A stretch of 64,000 nt of DNA, taken from Spironucleus salmonicida (lineage: Eukaryota). The notes under the pieces were generated by a model. The model saw only the letters and a list, made by a program, of their open reading frames with translations. It was not told where the DNA came from and did not search any database. This document shows, in pieces, positions 37,213 through 49,954 of this stretch. Made by a program: the position numbers and the translations under genes. Positions within the stretch are counted from its first letter, which is position 1, and each line of letters begins with the position of its first letter. The stretch spans positions 1,509,197 to 1,573,196 of the forward strand of contig NC_090600.1 in assembly GCF_000497125.1 (NCBI RefSeq). Direction: 5' to 3'.

Positions 37213-37587
37213 ATGAAATAATACAGTATGCCATAATTGAATGAATTTATAGTACATGATTTCAAGATACAACCTGTATAAAGTATTAATAAGTTAACTA
37301 AGACAACTATACCTAGATAATATTACCATAGAGTATTACCTAAATAATAGTTCACAACTCCAACGTTTATGAGAAGTTCATTTGGAAAATTTTAGATTTA
37401 GTCTCAAAATAAACCTATATATCAATAGTATATATCAGATGACTATATTAGGCCTATTATAATTAACGAAATTAATGTTATTCATCATGTTTAGTTGTAA
37501 TCGTCTCAAACTAATCGAAAATATTATTCTGGTTATAAGAAATTTAGATGTAATAACTCAAATGATAATATAGAAATTAATTTTTGA
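37213..37587 (+). CDS. hypothetical protein (124 aa)
   Basis: MKQYSMPQLNEFIVHDFKIQP...; code-6 ORF. Confidence 0.55.
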
Positions 37588-37856
37588 GAATATATTTTAC
37601 AAAATATAGATAGTTTAGAAATAAGTCGTTTCATTACAGATTACACAATAAGTCTCAATCCTATACTAGTGATATTTTTAGTTATTATTAATGCTTATAT
37701 TTTTAATTCAAGTATATTTTGAGAAAAAATGCTCGAACTCGAAATATCTAAACTAAATTAAATTATTTAAAATTATATCAGTATATGCATAAATTATTAA
37801 CAGAGCTTTTACGCCTATACTAAACTATATACAATTATAACATCATTACAATTAAA

Positions 37857-38465
37857 ATGGGTTGCATATCGTCAAAAAGCAAAATGACCAACTAACAGAA
37901 AGTAGATAGCCAAATTATTAAAATGCATTCAGAATTTGATATCTAGAATATAAAAATCAAGCGTTTGCAACGAGCTATCCAGACATAAATTGACTAGCTC
38001 GAAGCACTCTAAACAGATCAAATCTAAAGCGCAAGGCGTAATTTAGCAGAAAATAAACCAGAATCAGCTGAGAATAATTTGAAGCTTAAGGCCATTTTCT
38101 GCACACAAATCTCTTCCTTGCAAAAGCAAAATCTACAGTTACAAAAAGTGTTAAACGACCTCAGAGTTGCTCAAGGTACGACAGCATTTCTGGACGTATC
38201 CAAAGATGTAAATTCTCTACTCAGTGATGAGGTTATGACTGCATAAAATGACAAACTTTAGGAAATTTTACGCCTCAGTACGGAAGTGGAAAAGAAGTAG
38301 GCCGTTATCGACACGTTATATCAGGGAGGAACCTAGGATATTTAATATGAAATGGATATCTTGATGGCAGAAATAGCTCGTGAAAATGGAGAAAATGTAG
38401 TCGTCGAGTAGGGACAACATATTGAAGATTAACGATAAGAATGCGAGGTAATGGTCATATTGTGA
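37857..38465 (+). CDS. ESCRT-III Vps20/Snf7-like protein (202 aa)
   Basis: MGCISSK (myristoyl/palmitoyl-type N-terminus), DIQNIKIKRLQRAIQ, ARRNLAENKPESAENNLKLK, acidic tail. Confidence 0.7.
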
Positions 38466-38513
38466 TATTTACAATATAATATTTCATATAAATCAATAAT
38501 TAAAATTATTTAA

Positions 38514-41042
38514 TCATCCCTCCAATTATTTTTTCTCAATGTCTATTAAGACTCCATTGCTATCGTAGTTAGCCTTGTAAGCACCTAAAAAACTAACACT
38601 ATTCAAAAATTCGCTATTGAGCTCAATCCCACTATTTTAGCACTCTCCCATTAAATATTTTGCACTAACTTTGCTCTCTTTCACACTACTGTTCTAATTG
38701 TATATTTCTAAAGCTTAGAAACATTTTCCCAATATTCCAGCAACTACATCACCTCCTCGTCTTACTAACTATAACAATTCTACTTCTGCCCGTCTCTAAT
38801 GTGCTCCTTTAAGCTATCCAACTAGCTGTCTAACAAATAGTTAACACGAGAAATCAGCATCATCCATGGTACACATTTTTCTAAAGTGAAGCTTTGCATG
38901 GGCTTCTGTAATTCGTAATAAGCATCCAAATTGTCGAGCAGTAACCGGACTGCCATATCGGTGAGTAATTTGCCTAATCTTGACATAAAAATCACGTAAT
39001 TTAGCAGCTACTATTTCTGTGATTTGAGGCTAAACAAGCCTCGCATGCATAATATATTTCTTGATAAATGATTATGGTAATGGTTATCTTTTTACAAGCA
39101 GCTAGGCTGTAACTTGAGCACAATCTAGTGTCTCTGGGAGTCCTTCTTAATTGCCCAATTTTTGCAGTTCATATTCGTATATTTATATCTATTCATTTGT
39201 CAAATTCTCTTTATTTTACAGCATTTTGCGAGCGTAAATTGCCTATTCGCTCGATAACGCTCTCCTGTTAAGTATGAACTACCCAATCCGCTTGTCATTC
39301 TCATGGTCATCCGTTACAATGTAAACAAGGTCAAAACGAGATAACAAAGCGTCCCCAACGTTTAAATTACTGTTTAGCGGCAGATTTCTGTTATAAACTT
39401 AACCCACTGGATTACAAGCCGCTATAACACTGCATTTGGCAGGTAAAGTTGCGATAATCCCCGCTTTTGCGATAGATACTTCCTACTATTCCATTGCTTA
39501 ATGCATAGCCACACGGTCGATCTCGGTCATTTTGTCCAGCTCATCAATGCAGCAAATCCCGTTATTCGACAGCACCATCTGTCCCGCTTACAGTGTGAAT
39601 TCACCACCTCTTTTGACGACTGAAACTGTCAAACCAGCAGCAGACGATGACTTTCCTGAAGAAAATGTGTAGTTTTGAGTATAGTTTTTCAAGTATTTAA
39701 GGAACTAAGATTTTGCAGTTCCAGGATCGCCAATAATAAGTAAGTGAATGTTCTCACGAGTTCCAGCTGAAGGGGTTCCAGAAAGGAGCGAAATTAAGAT
39801 CATCTGCTTCAGGAGTTCGTGGCCGTAAATTGATGGGAAAATAGACGAAATTATGAGGTTGTCGAGATCTGTTGATTTATAGCGTGATAAGAGGGCTTGA
39901 AATGCCGTTATATCTTCTGCATTAAAGGACTCTTCATTGTTGTTCGTTATCGCACCATACACTCTGAAATTGATTTTACAAATGTTGTTTTGGATGTCTT
40001 GAATCTCCCAGATTCCTGTTAAATCTACAGTCATTCCAGGCTTCAGATCAGTAATAAGGTCACCATAAATGATTCCGCTTCGTTTTTCACCATTTTCCAT
40101 TTGCATGACTATATTAACATAAGATGAATAAAGACAGCCTTTAGGGTAAAGTCTAAGCCGAGTTGAACCGCAATCACATTTCTTAGGGACTGCGTTTACT
40201 TCGAATAAACCCATGATAGTGTTGCAGCTTAGGCACTGGATCGAAACTGACTCTAACTATATAAATAAACGTGACTAGCTGATAATTTATGTGTGGATAG
40301 TAGCAATTTTATTAACATCATTAGTGGAAAAAGAATTTACAATATGTAAAGGATTTACTAATTTTAATTAAAATTCATCTGCATGCCTTTCAATTTCATT
40401 AATAAATTAATTTAGTCCTTCCTATAAAACTTCAATGAATTTTTTTGGATGACTTATAATCTCTGTAACAAATAAAGTACTCTCTTCTCGTAAATGTGCT
40501 AAGTTAATAGTCAATGATTTTTTTCCTCGTTAAAATTATTATTTTAACTGGTAAATGTATGTTGGTTCGGAAAATTCGGTACGGAATGTTTTTAAAAAAT
40601 AAATAAATTTGGTCTTAATATGTGGCTTTGACGTACTAGTAGGATTCTTAACAAAGTCAATTAAATGTTACTTAAATATTTCTTCTGATACTGGTTTAAC
40701 TGCAGCTAAGTTATAATCAAGAACAGGTAAAAAGTTTTATTCGCTTACTACTTCAGATTCTGATTCAAATCCTAAAGTTTTAAGCCTTTCGGTAATATTC
40801 TCATTATCAGATATCCTTCTTTTATATTCTGGCTATTCTAACCCATCACGAGCAGCTAAAGCCCTTTCGGCTGCTCTAATTTAAGCAGGCAGTAACGGAT
40901 TTTCGAAAGCTTCTTTTTCAGCTGATAAATCTGTTGAAATCTCTGATTGATCTTATAACTCCATATTATCTCTCATAACCAGATTGATATCATCCAGTTC
41001 TGTTGCTGAAGATGGTTCGGAATTTGTAGATGAGTCTGACAT
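38514..41042 (-). CDS. MCM2: DNA replication licensing factor MCM2 (842 aa)
   Basis: N-terminal RAAERALAARD, C4 zinc finger, IHLLIIGDPGTAKSQFLKY, IDELDKM, SIAKAGI, LLSRFD, PVTARQ..RITEAHAKLH. Confidence 0.93.
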
Positions 41043-41095
41043 TTTAAAATTTTGTTCACATCAATTTATATATAGAATAGATTATTATAATTATA

Positions 41096-41881
41096 ATGAA
41101 AATATTGAGTTAACAATTCTTTTAAATTTAATCTAAATTCATTCTATCTTCACCTATGTTATTTAGCTATAAGAATTAAATTCTTATAGTTTGTGAATTT
41201 TAATTCTAAATAGATAAACATAAGCTGATCAAGATAAACTAATAAAAATTAATCACCATTGAAACATTCAGCTAAATATCATATTCATCTACAAATGATA
41301 CAGTTATTATTCCAGGTAATTAGATATTATAAAATATTGTTGTATAAACTGATGAGTTTTAATTACTGTTTAAACGGGGAAGTAATATTATTTTTGTGAA
41401 TCTCAATAATACGGAGTAGCTGGACTTTGATGAAAAAATAATTCTAGACAATCCTATCTACTAGGTAGAGGTATTGAGATCTTGTAGTGGGGTTATTTTA
41501 TTGGTATTGACAAAAGTAGTTAATTACTAAAATATAATGTTCTCAGAAACCATGGATGTTTGCGTTAATATAATATAGTTTAATTCTTAAGATTACTTTA
41601 AATATAAAAACTTGGGTTTCCATGAATATAAAACAGCTTTCGAGGAGTCAAGAGTATTTGATAGTATTTAAAAAGATTATTTAGGTGACTTTGAAAAGAA
41701 GATTTAAAATATAATGAAATTAAAAGATTAGTTAAATATAAATTAATTAAGCTTTTAATGTAATTAATTCGTGTTATTAAGTAATGATTAATTAAGTAAC
41801 ATTATTGAAAAAGAACTTAAATCTGATAAGCCAGATATTTATAAAATACGTTAATGTTAAAAATTAATAAATAAAGATTGA
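41096..41881 (+). CDS. hypothetical protein (261 aa)
   Basis: Code-6 ORF that fills the MCM2-OLA1 gap. Confidence 0.6.
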
Positions 41882-41885
41882 AATA

Positions 41886-43088
41886 TCACTTTTTCTTAGT
41901 AGCACCACCTCTAGCATTGTGCTTGAAAAACATAATATCCCCATCTTCAACAATATATTCTTTTCCTTGCATCATAAGCTTACCTTATGCCTTAACTTCC
42001 TATTCAGAGCCTAATTTTTTAAGGTCTTTATACTTGAATACGTCAGCACAGATAAAATGCTCTTTAAAGTCAGTATGAATTACACCAGCTGCATCAGGGG
42101 CTTTAGTATATTTACGAACAGTCCAACAACGCACTTCATCAGCACCTGATGTAAAGTAATGGATTAAATTAAGATCCTTATATCCAGTTTTTATTATCTT
42201 ATCAAGATGGGATTCACATGTTTCTGAAAGGGTTTTTAAATATTCCTGACGCGCGTCATTGTTACCTAAAGCAAGAAGCTTAGCTTCCAATGACGCGGAG
42301 TAAATGATGACAGAAGCATTTGGTGTTCTATCTTTAATAAACTCCATTATTTTTGGAACATACTTATTTTTCTACCTAACATAATCTTTTTCAGACATAT
42401 TAAGCAAATATACAACGGGCTTACAAGTAAGTAGTAAAAGTTCGTTTAATACTTTTATTTCAAGAATACTCCAATCTTAGGTAAATAAGTCTTTCTTTTC
42501 TTCTAACAAAAGTTTGATTTTTTCTAAAACAGGTACTGTTAATTATAATTCTTTCTCAGGTTTGCGCTCTAGCTTTTTTTTAGTATCATCCAACAAAGCT
42601 ACTACCTATTATAAATCTTTTGCAATAAGTTCGTTATTAATAATAACACAATCGCGAACAGGATCGATATCACCTTCTACATGAGTAATAGTATCGTCAT
42701 CAAAAACACGAATAATATGATAAATACCATCGCATGCTTTAATATTGGATAAGAAAGCATTTCCAAGACCTTAACCTTCAGAAGCACCCTTGATTAAACC
42801 AGCAATATCACATACATCTAAATAAGTAGGAACTTTAGACTTAGGTTTATACAAGTCGCACATCCAGTCAAACCTTTTATCAGGAACTGCAACTCTAGCA
42901 GTATTAGGGTCAATAGTGCAGAAAGGATAATTTTCAGATGGAACTTAGACCTATGTTAATACAGTAAAAGTAAGAGATTTACCAACATTAGGTAAACCAA
43001 CTAATCCCATAGATAAACTGTTTTTTGCTCTTCCTAATAAAGCTAACTTAGCGGATGGATCCTCTTCTATATTTTTCTTAGGAGGCAT
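41886..43088 (-). CDS. OLA1: Obg-like ATPase OLA1/YchF
   Basis: [77 protein letters not shown]. Confidence 0.97.
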
Positions 43089-43272
43089 TATATATAGGAG
43101 TGGAATAATTTCATGTTAATATATTTATAAATATATATTATAATTTAATTAATTTTCAAAGATTATAAGTTTTCATAGATACTAATTGCTGTTATTAATA
43201 TTAAACCACAGTCAAAATAAAGCAATAATCATTGCCACTAAGACGCTAAACGAGTTAAAACAATCTCAAAGC

Positions 43273-43626
43273 TCACTCATTTTATGCTGGAATTGGAACT
43301 TCACCGTGGTCTTCCAAAACTTAACTTGCCAGCTTTAAACAATTAGCGCAACCAAACTTACCATCACCTCTTAAGTCAGCACATTTCCAAGAACCTGCAA
43401 CCTCTTAAAATTTATTAAGTAAATTATCTTCTAAATCAGGTCTAACCAACTTTGCAGCAGAAATAGCCCCACATTCGTTATTTGGTGCATTACCACCTCT
43501 CAAGTGCATAGTTCCCTAAACCTAAGCATCTCTAGCACCTTTATATGTTGCCATAATAGCCGAGCTACACGGTAAGTTCATGGGGGCAATATGAAAATAT
43601 TACATAGCTACATCACCTGCTGACAT
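43273..43626 (-). CDS. C_GCAxxG_C_C family putative redox protein, bacterial type (117 aa)
   Basis: AMQYFHIAPMNLPCSSAIM..RGGNAPNNECGAISAAKLVRPD..KFQEVAGSWKCADLR..KFGCANCLKLA matches the C..CGA..C..C spacing of this prokaryotic family. Confidence 0.7.
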
Positions 43627-43722
43627 TTTTAGAAGCGAAAAGTTTAATAAGTGGATATTAATATCAATATATTATAGTATAGTGATGATGTTTACAAATA
43701 AAATTGAATTTATACAAAATAA

Positions 43723-44454
43723 TCATAGCTACTTCCTGGTCTGTAAAAGTTTTTTAAACTCCATTTCTTTATACTTGCTTTCTAAATAATTAACCCAATT
43801 ATTTTGTTTAATTAAATCTGCACTTAGAGTAGCATAATCTTACTAAAACATAGACCCCATCTCACGAAGAGTTTTCACTATATTTCCTTGTTTTAAGTCT
43901 TATCTATTCCATTTTCGTTCTAAAGTAACTTTTTCAGAATCTAATTTTTACTCTTCGTGAACTAAATCGTAAATGATGCTATTATCTTATTAGGAATATG
44001 CATAAAAATCTCCTAAATCAAATTTTTTATAATTTACACCATTTTTCCCTTACTTTCCCCATTTTGTACCTGGACAAAATTGCTTCTTTGATATCTAAGC
44101 ATTAAAATCTCGCAAGATATCTTGTGCTGCTTTTTATATTTGCTTATCTTTAGCTCCCAAACTTTCTATTTCATTAGAGCAAATCCGCTGGAAATTTAAC
44201 TGGTTACGCTCCTATGTTTTAAGCTAAACTAATAGTAATTTAAGCTGGTTTAATTTAGGCTGGTATGAATCCGAAGATGAAGGTCTTATTCCTCGTATTC
44301 TAATAGTTTGATCTGTTAATATGTTATCAATACCACTAATTTCGTATGCTATATTTTCTAGATCTTATAACTTAGATAATATATATGAATGAAGCACCCT
44401 AGGATTATCTTCATGTAGAAGGGCTGATGGTAGATCAATTTGTTTACCGCGCAT
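43723..44454 (-). CDS. hypothetical protein (243 aa)
   Basis: MRGKQIDLPSALLHEDNPRVLH...; C-rich tract immediately upstream. Confidence 0.75.
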
Positions 44455-44933
44455 TAAGGGTAAAGGAATTTAGGTATATGTATTTTATAATATATATTTA
44501 TATTATTAATTCTCAGAGTGGTTTAATATTTTATATTGATAAGATATAGTAGATGGTTTCTATGCTTAATAATAATTATCTTTATATACTTTAAAGATAT
44601 GATAATAAACGATTGTAATTTTAAAAGTTAATATATTCTCTGAAAAGAAGTAGTAAGTTGTAAAAATAATGCAAATTTAAATATCATAATAATACTAATA
44701 ATTCTATAAAATAAACATATCAACAAAAAAGTCAAACTTTATCTATAGTCTGAGTAAAGTTTATTAAACATAGATTAGAATTAATTAGGTATTTGGCATA
44801 GTGCTTACCTGTATTTCTTTTATTAAATAATTTCAAATCTACTATATTTATAAATTAAACTGCATAAATATTATAACATCAAGAAGATTAATCCTATCTT
44901 ATTCATAATTGAATAAATCAGTATTTATCATTA

Positions 44934-45701
44934 TCACTCATTCTCATATATCATCTAAATTTATTCTTCTTCATTACCTCCCATACACCAATATAATCCA
45001 TCTTCTAATTCACTCTTATTCCCTCCATTTTCAATAATCTTAAATCCTCCAAATTCGCATTTATTAAGTCCGAAAAATTTTATCTTCTACTTTTATTCAA
45101 AAACCCAGCCTTCATAATTTACATGCATATGGCTGGCTATCCAAACTAATTGTTGGTTTATTTAAGAAACCTTAAATACTTGTTGGCTATTCTCCCCTTT
45201 TAATTTTCCAAATTTTTTTATAAGCTTACGGTCAAACTTACCAACTCCACTAGGCCACTCATGAGAAATAATATAATGTGGGGTCATACTTGAAGATAGA
45301 TTAGAAATATTAGATGTAGATAAGAAAAATGGGTTGTATTAAGCGGTTGAAGTAATACCAGATATACAATGAAAAATTATTTACCGAGAATTTTTAACAA
45401 ATTTTATAGTTGAGCATCCCGCGACTAGGAAATGCTGTTAGATAAAATGTGGGTGCACTTAACAGTGTTCCGGCAGTTCATGATTCCCAAAAATAGATAA
45501 TATTGGAGTAGTTGATGAGAATTAATTAAATGATCCCTGTTTTTAGTACTTTTAAGGAAGTTTCGCTAGTTTCATTTATTCCATAGAACTAAAAGCCTAC
45601 AAGTCCCCAAGTAATACCAGTAAATCAGGTTATATCTTTTCGATCTATTTTTACACTATATCAAATCGCCCATGTACGCACCCAATAAATAATAATTTCA
45701 T
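44934..45701 (-). CDS. DBR1: RNA lariat debranching enzyme DBR1 (compact, 255 aa)
   Basis: MKLLFIGCVHG, DLLVLLGDLQA, LPQKY, IFGNHE, ISGI, ISHEWP, WIASHMH, KFFGLNKC. The Cys of GCxHG, PxKY and the LxKC end distinguish Dbr1 from other metallophosphoesterases. Confidence 0.8.
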
Positions 45702-45747
45702 TTTGCATTAGTATAAATATTATACTTATTATTATATAAAAATTGAA

Positions 45748-46278
45748 ATGAACGAACAGATAAAAAATGTATATTAAAAAATTAATTAGGGCCTTAAAAA
45801 CGGTGTTAAGTTGATAAATATTTACTCGCCTATGTCTGTTGATATTTCACCTTTGGTGCTCTTTATTTAAGCATAAATTCCAAATATATAAAATTATTAA
45901 TCTAGCTAAAATTATATATCAGGGAGCATAGTCATTTTTTAAAAATTCAGATAGTCTAAGTAGTTAAATCAGCTTTAGTAAAATATTCAATATATCTTAT
46001 TCTCCTCATTTCCGCTATATATTGCTACCATAAGACTCTCATATTCATATGGTTAAACAAATCATCCTATTGTGTACCTTACAAATTAAAAAATATAGAA
46101 CTAGCTCAATTTGATGCACCCAAAATTTAAAGAAGCTATTTTATCAATTCACCGTAAAGAGAATTTAGAATCTTAGTATGTAGATGAAATAAATATACTA
46201 CGATTAAAAGGAATTATTGTGGGAAAGCTAAAAATCAATCTTTCATTAGCCGAGCTGAATGAAATTTTGTCTTAGTGA
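45748..46278 (+). CDS. hypothetical protein (176 aa)
   Basis: MNEQIKNVYQKINQGLKNG...; ends TAG-TGA. Confidence 0.65.
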
Positions 46279-46707
46279 TGAAAACTCATTGCATTGCCCT
46301 TATCCGTACCGTATTTTACCGAACATGTTCTATCCTTTTATCTATTATATTTTTTCAACTTATTATCTAATAATCGCTATTTTGGTCTTAAAGTAAATCG
46401 ATTCTTCACATTCTGACAGTGAAATTAATGATTTCACTTACTGTTTATTTTTCAAGGTATACCTATAAAGAATTTACGACTTATCATATAAATCCTAATT
46501 ACGTGTCGGAATTTTATTGGACACTTCGGAAATTGTTTATTTTTACTTAACTAAAGCTAACTCTAGTGATTATTACTAAAACTAAGAAATATCGTAAATA
46601 GTTGGAGAATTTGTTTCTATTTATTACATTTACTAATCTTTGTATTAAATCAGTGAAGTATAATACATAGTTGAAAAATTTAAAGACGAGTAAACGTTCC
46701 TTTTCAT
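46243..46707 (-). CDS. hypothetical protein (154 aa), overlapping the convergent gene by 36 bp
   Basis: MKRNVYSSLNFSTMYY...RQNFIQLGQ. An open, Q-rich frame across the gap, with its ATG 51 bp from the divergent ESF2 start. Confidence 0.5.
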
Positions 46708-46758
46708 ATGATTCAAAACTCTATAATTATATAGTAAATATAAATTGGTATTAAGTAA

Positions 46759-47292
46759 ATGCCAGTAATAATGATTCATTAAATACCAGCAAATATAAAG
46801 CCTCATATGTTAAGAACTATTATTGAATAGCATATTAAATGTATAAGATTTTATCTTAGGCCTAGAGAACTTAAAGCTGATAATTAGTATGAAAAGGACG
46901 GATAATACGAATGTGGATTCTTTGAGACACCTGACATCTATGAAGCTAGAGATTTTGTCTAAAAATTCAATGGAAAACATATTACAGCATCATCAAAGTC
47001 AAATACCCTTATTAGAGGTTATGTTTGGTCTATTGAGTTGTTAAATTAAGGTTGGGAAGCTGTCACGTAAAAAACAAAAGATAGGTAATAATAAAGAGAT
47101 ATGATATTATAAACAGAAATGTAGTAGCTTGGAAATTTGAGTAGATAATACTTAGAAAAGTTATAGGCGGATAGAAATAGGAATAAAGACTAAATGTCTT
47201 GTGAATGGATAAGAAAAACAGTTCCCTAAAAAGCAATTCCTTAGAAAGTAGAATTATCACTAGAATAAATTAAATGGACTAAATTTTTGTGA
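46759..47292 (+). CDS. ESF2: pre-rRNA processing factor ESF2/ABT1-like
   Basis: VIMIHQIPANIKPHMLRTII..RFYLRPRE..YECGFFE..FNGKHI..VWSIELL..WEAVTQ..R...LQTEMQQ follows the Esf2 RRM plus helix pattern. Confidence 0.7.
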
Positions 47293-47308
47293 AATTATTT
47301 TATGTTAC

Positions 47309-48589
47309 TCACTCTCCAACGTTAAGCTGGAATTAATCATCTAAAAGTATTTATCCATCTTCATATATGGCTTAAATATGATCTTCAAATATTCTAAAAT
47401 TATTACTTAGTGAAATATGACTGAAAGTGGCATTGTATTTTATTAAATCAAATTCAAAATTAACTAAGTACTAATCTTTTGTCGTAAAATGTTTTTATTT
47501 AATAATTAAAAGTTTATTCATAGATTATAAATAATGTTTTAGATTCATAAGATATTATAAACACTAACACTAATTCCATGCAAAATTCATCATAAAATCT
47601 TGTTATTTCTATGTAATTTGTTTATTACGATTCCAAAATAAATCTCTAAGTAGTTTTTAATTAATTTATGGGTTGTTAGTATTGAATAGATCATATCTAA
47701 ATGTCTATATAATATATCTTTTCAGAAACATATATGTTGATGAACTAATGATTACAGAATCAACTAGATCATTGCTAAAAATTGAATCTAATTGTTCTTA
47801 TATATCTGTTGGTGATTTAAGCCTATAATTATATTTAAACACCACTTAAGAATCAGGAATAAATGGGTCAATAATATAGAAATCTTAAGCACTATTTCCT
47901 AAAATTTTTTCTTTAAGTTCTTCTATTTCACCTATATAACTTAAGTCTACTCCATTGTAATAAAATTTCTACCTTTTAGTATGGTTAAAAAACATATTAT
48001 GCCAGCTAGGCGGCTCACCTCTAAGTATTCTATTAAACATTCCTTCCCATTCATACTAATCAGTCATATCCTTAAGACAAAATTTAAACTCACCTATATT
48101 TTAATCGAGTTGTACCCCAAAAAACCTATGGCCAAAATGTTATAACATGATACTCTAAGTCCAGTTCATTTTTTCACAATGAATACATGGTCTCACATTT
48201 GGAGGTAAAAAAGGAATAAAAACAAATATACAGAAAGATTTTGTCTAGATGAAATTAAGAGGATTTATTTCTATTGGATAATTTTTTGTTAATAAAATGT
48301 CTATTGGTTCTGAGTATGCGAGTTAATCAGGTGACGTTTTCTCTTCATCGATTAATGCTAGTTCATTCTAGACCACACAAAACCGCACTAAATTTGGTGG
48401 ATTTGCATAAGAAATATACTTGTAGAATAAATATTATGTATCTAGTTTTGTGTTTAAATGCCACCCATCACCAGAGTATATTAAAGGAACCGATTAGCCG
48501 TAATTAAAATCACCTAATTTTGGATCATTTCCTGTGATATGTAGTGTTGGATGATTGATTTACGAAGGAACAAGAATCTAAATATTCAT
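47309..48589 (-). CDS. protein with N-terminal CBM20 (starch/glycogen-binding)-like domains (426 aa)
   Basis: LHITGNDPKLGDF..PL..W..FYKY, and a second unit NWT..EFKF..YEWEGMFNR. Confidence 0.55.
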
Positions 48590-48692
48590 TCTAAAAACAA
48601 TTTATGAACTACTTATTTAACATATATTATTTAATAAATCCGTTTTTAATTTTATATAATAAAATATAATACATTTAAAATAAAATGGACAA

Positions 48693-49484
48693 ATGCTTCA
48701 TACAGATTATATTTAAAATAATTTAGAAAACGAGTAGCGTAAAATTAATTTATTTAACATGATGGTAGTGGATGTAACTGCTTTAGGCGAGTTTGCAAGT
48801 ATAAAATGTATTATTTTAACATCAAATAGAGTTGAAAACTTAGAATTTGTTAAAAATCTTCCTTACCTATAAGAATTATATGCAGCATCTAATAATATTA
48901 AAGATATACGTTAAATTTTATACTTATAATAATCTTGGAGATTATTCAATGTATCATTTCATTCTAATCCATGCTCGTTATCAAAAAATTATAGGTAATA
49001 TATAATAAAAGCCCTACCTCAGATAGTTGTTCTCGATGGGCAAAATATATCAACCCAAGATCGTGCTAAATCTTTAAAGCTATAGTACGATCAAAGGTTT
49101 GATTTTTTTGAAGAGCCGACAGATTTAAAATAGATCCTTAAAGAGCATTCATTACTTAAAAACACTGTATCAAGTATATATAAAGAAGAGCAAAAATTCA
49201 ACATAAATGCACAAAAAATACTTAACAGAATGATTATAAAAGAGAAAGAATTAGAGCATGAAAAATATCTAAATTAAAACATTACGATTTAATAGAAAAG
49301 ATCAGAAATTTCCAATACTTTTGATATTAGTTAATTACAAGATGTAATTTTAAAATAGGAATCTCATATCAGTGAATCAACTAACCGAATAATGATAACT
49401 GTTTATATGCTGATTTAAGTTTTGGGTCAAGACGACTTAAATTATATTTTATAGTATATTTAAAATAAATGCTAATAAGAATGA
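48693..49484 (+). CDS. CFAP410: leucine-rich-repeat protein, CFAP410/C21orf2-like
   Basis: LTSNRVENLEFVKNLPYLQELYAASNNIKDIRQILYL..FHSNPC..YRQYIIKALPQIVVLDGQNISTQDR (LRRs plus LRRcap). Confidence 0.65.
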
Positions 49485-49514
49485 TATATAAATAGTGATT
49501 ATTATTTATTAAAA

Positions 49515-49928
49515 ATGAATCCTTATTCTATTGTATGGGCACCTATTCCATGTATTTCAATTATACCAATTATAGGCCATATGGGTATAACTGATTCAAA
49601 TGGTATAATTTATGATTTTGGTGGTAGTTATTTTATTAATATAGATTAATAAAATACTTCATTCGGTGCACCTACTCGGCACTATTCTCTTGGGTTAGAA
49701 TTATTATAAGATCAGATAGAGCGATGGGACGGTTGTATATAAAAATATTCATAGTAGTATAAAGTTATGTAATATAGTCTATTTACTAATAACTGTCATC
49801 ATTTTATTATAAATATATTATATGATCTCAAAATTATAAATAGCCTCTCTGTATTACGCTTTACATTAAAATATCGACCTTATATGATAAAATTTAAATC
49901 TGTTAAAGTATAATAGTTATATGATTGA
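49515..49928 (+). CDS. TMEM222: TMEM222/RTE1 (DUF778) family protein
   Basis: PYSIVWAPIP..PIIGHMGITDSNGIIYDFGGSY..FGAPTR..WD..YSLFTNNCHHF. Confidence 0.88.
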
Positions 49929-49954
49929 TTACAAATTTACTTTTCCATTTTAAA

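Noticed and set aside
38514-38986. Separate gene downstream of MCM2
   Set aside because: It is off-frame; the region is the MCM2 C-terminus (PVTARQ..EAHAKLH).
43089-43272. Possible snoRNA or SECIS in the spacer between the C_GCAxxG_C_C gene and OLA1
   Set aside because: I found no canonical C/D boxes or SECIS core by eye.
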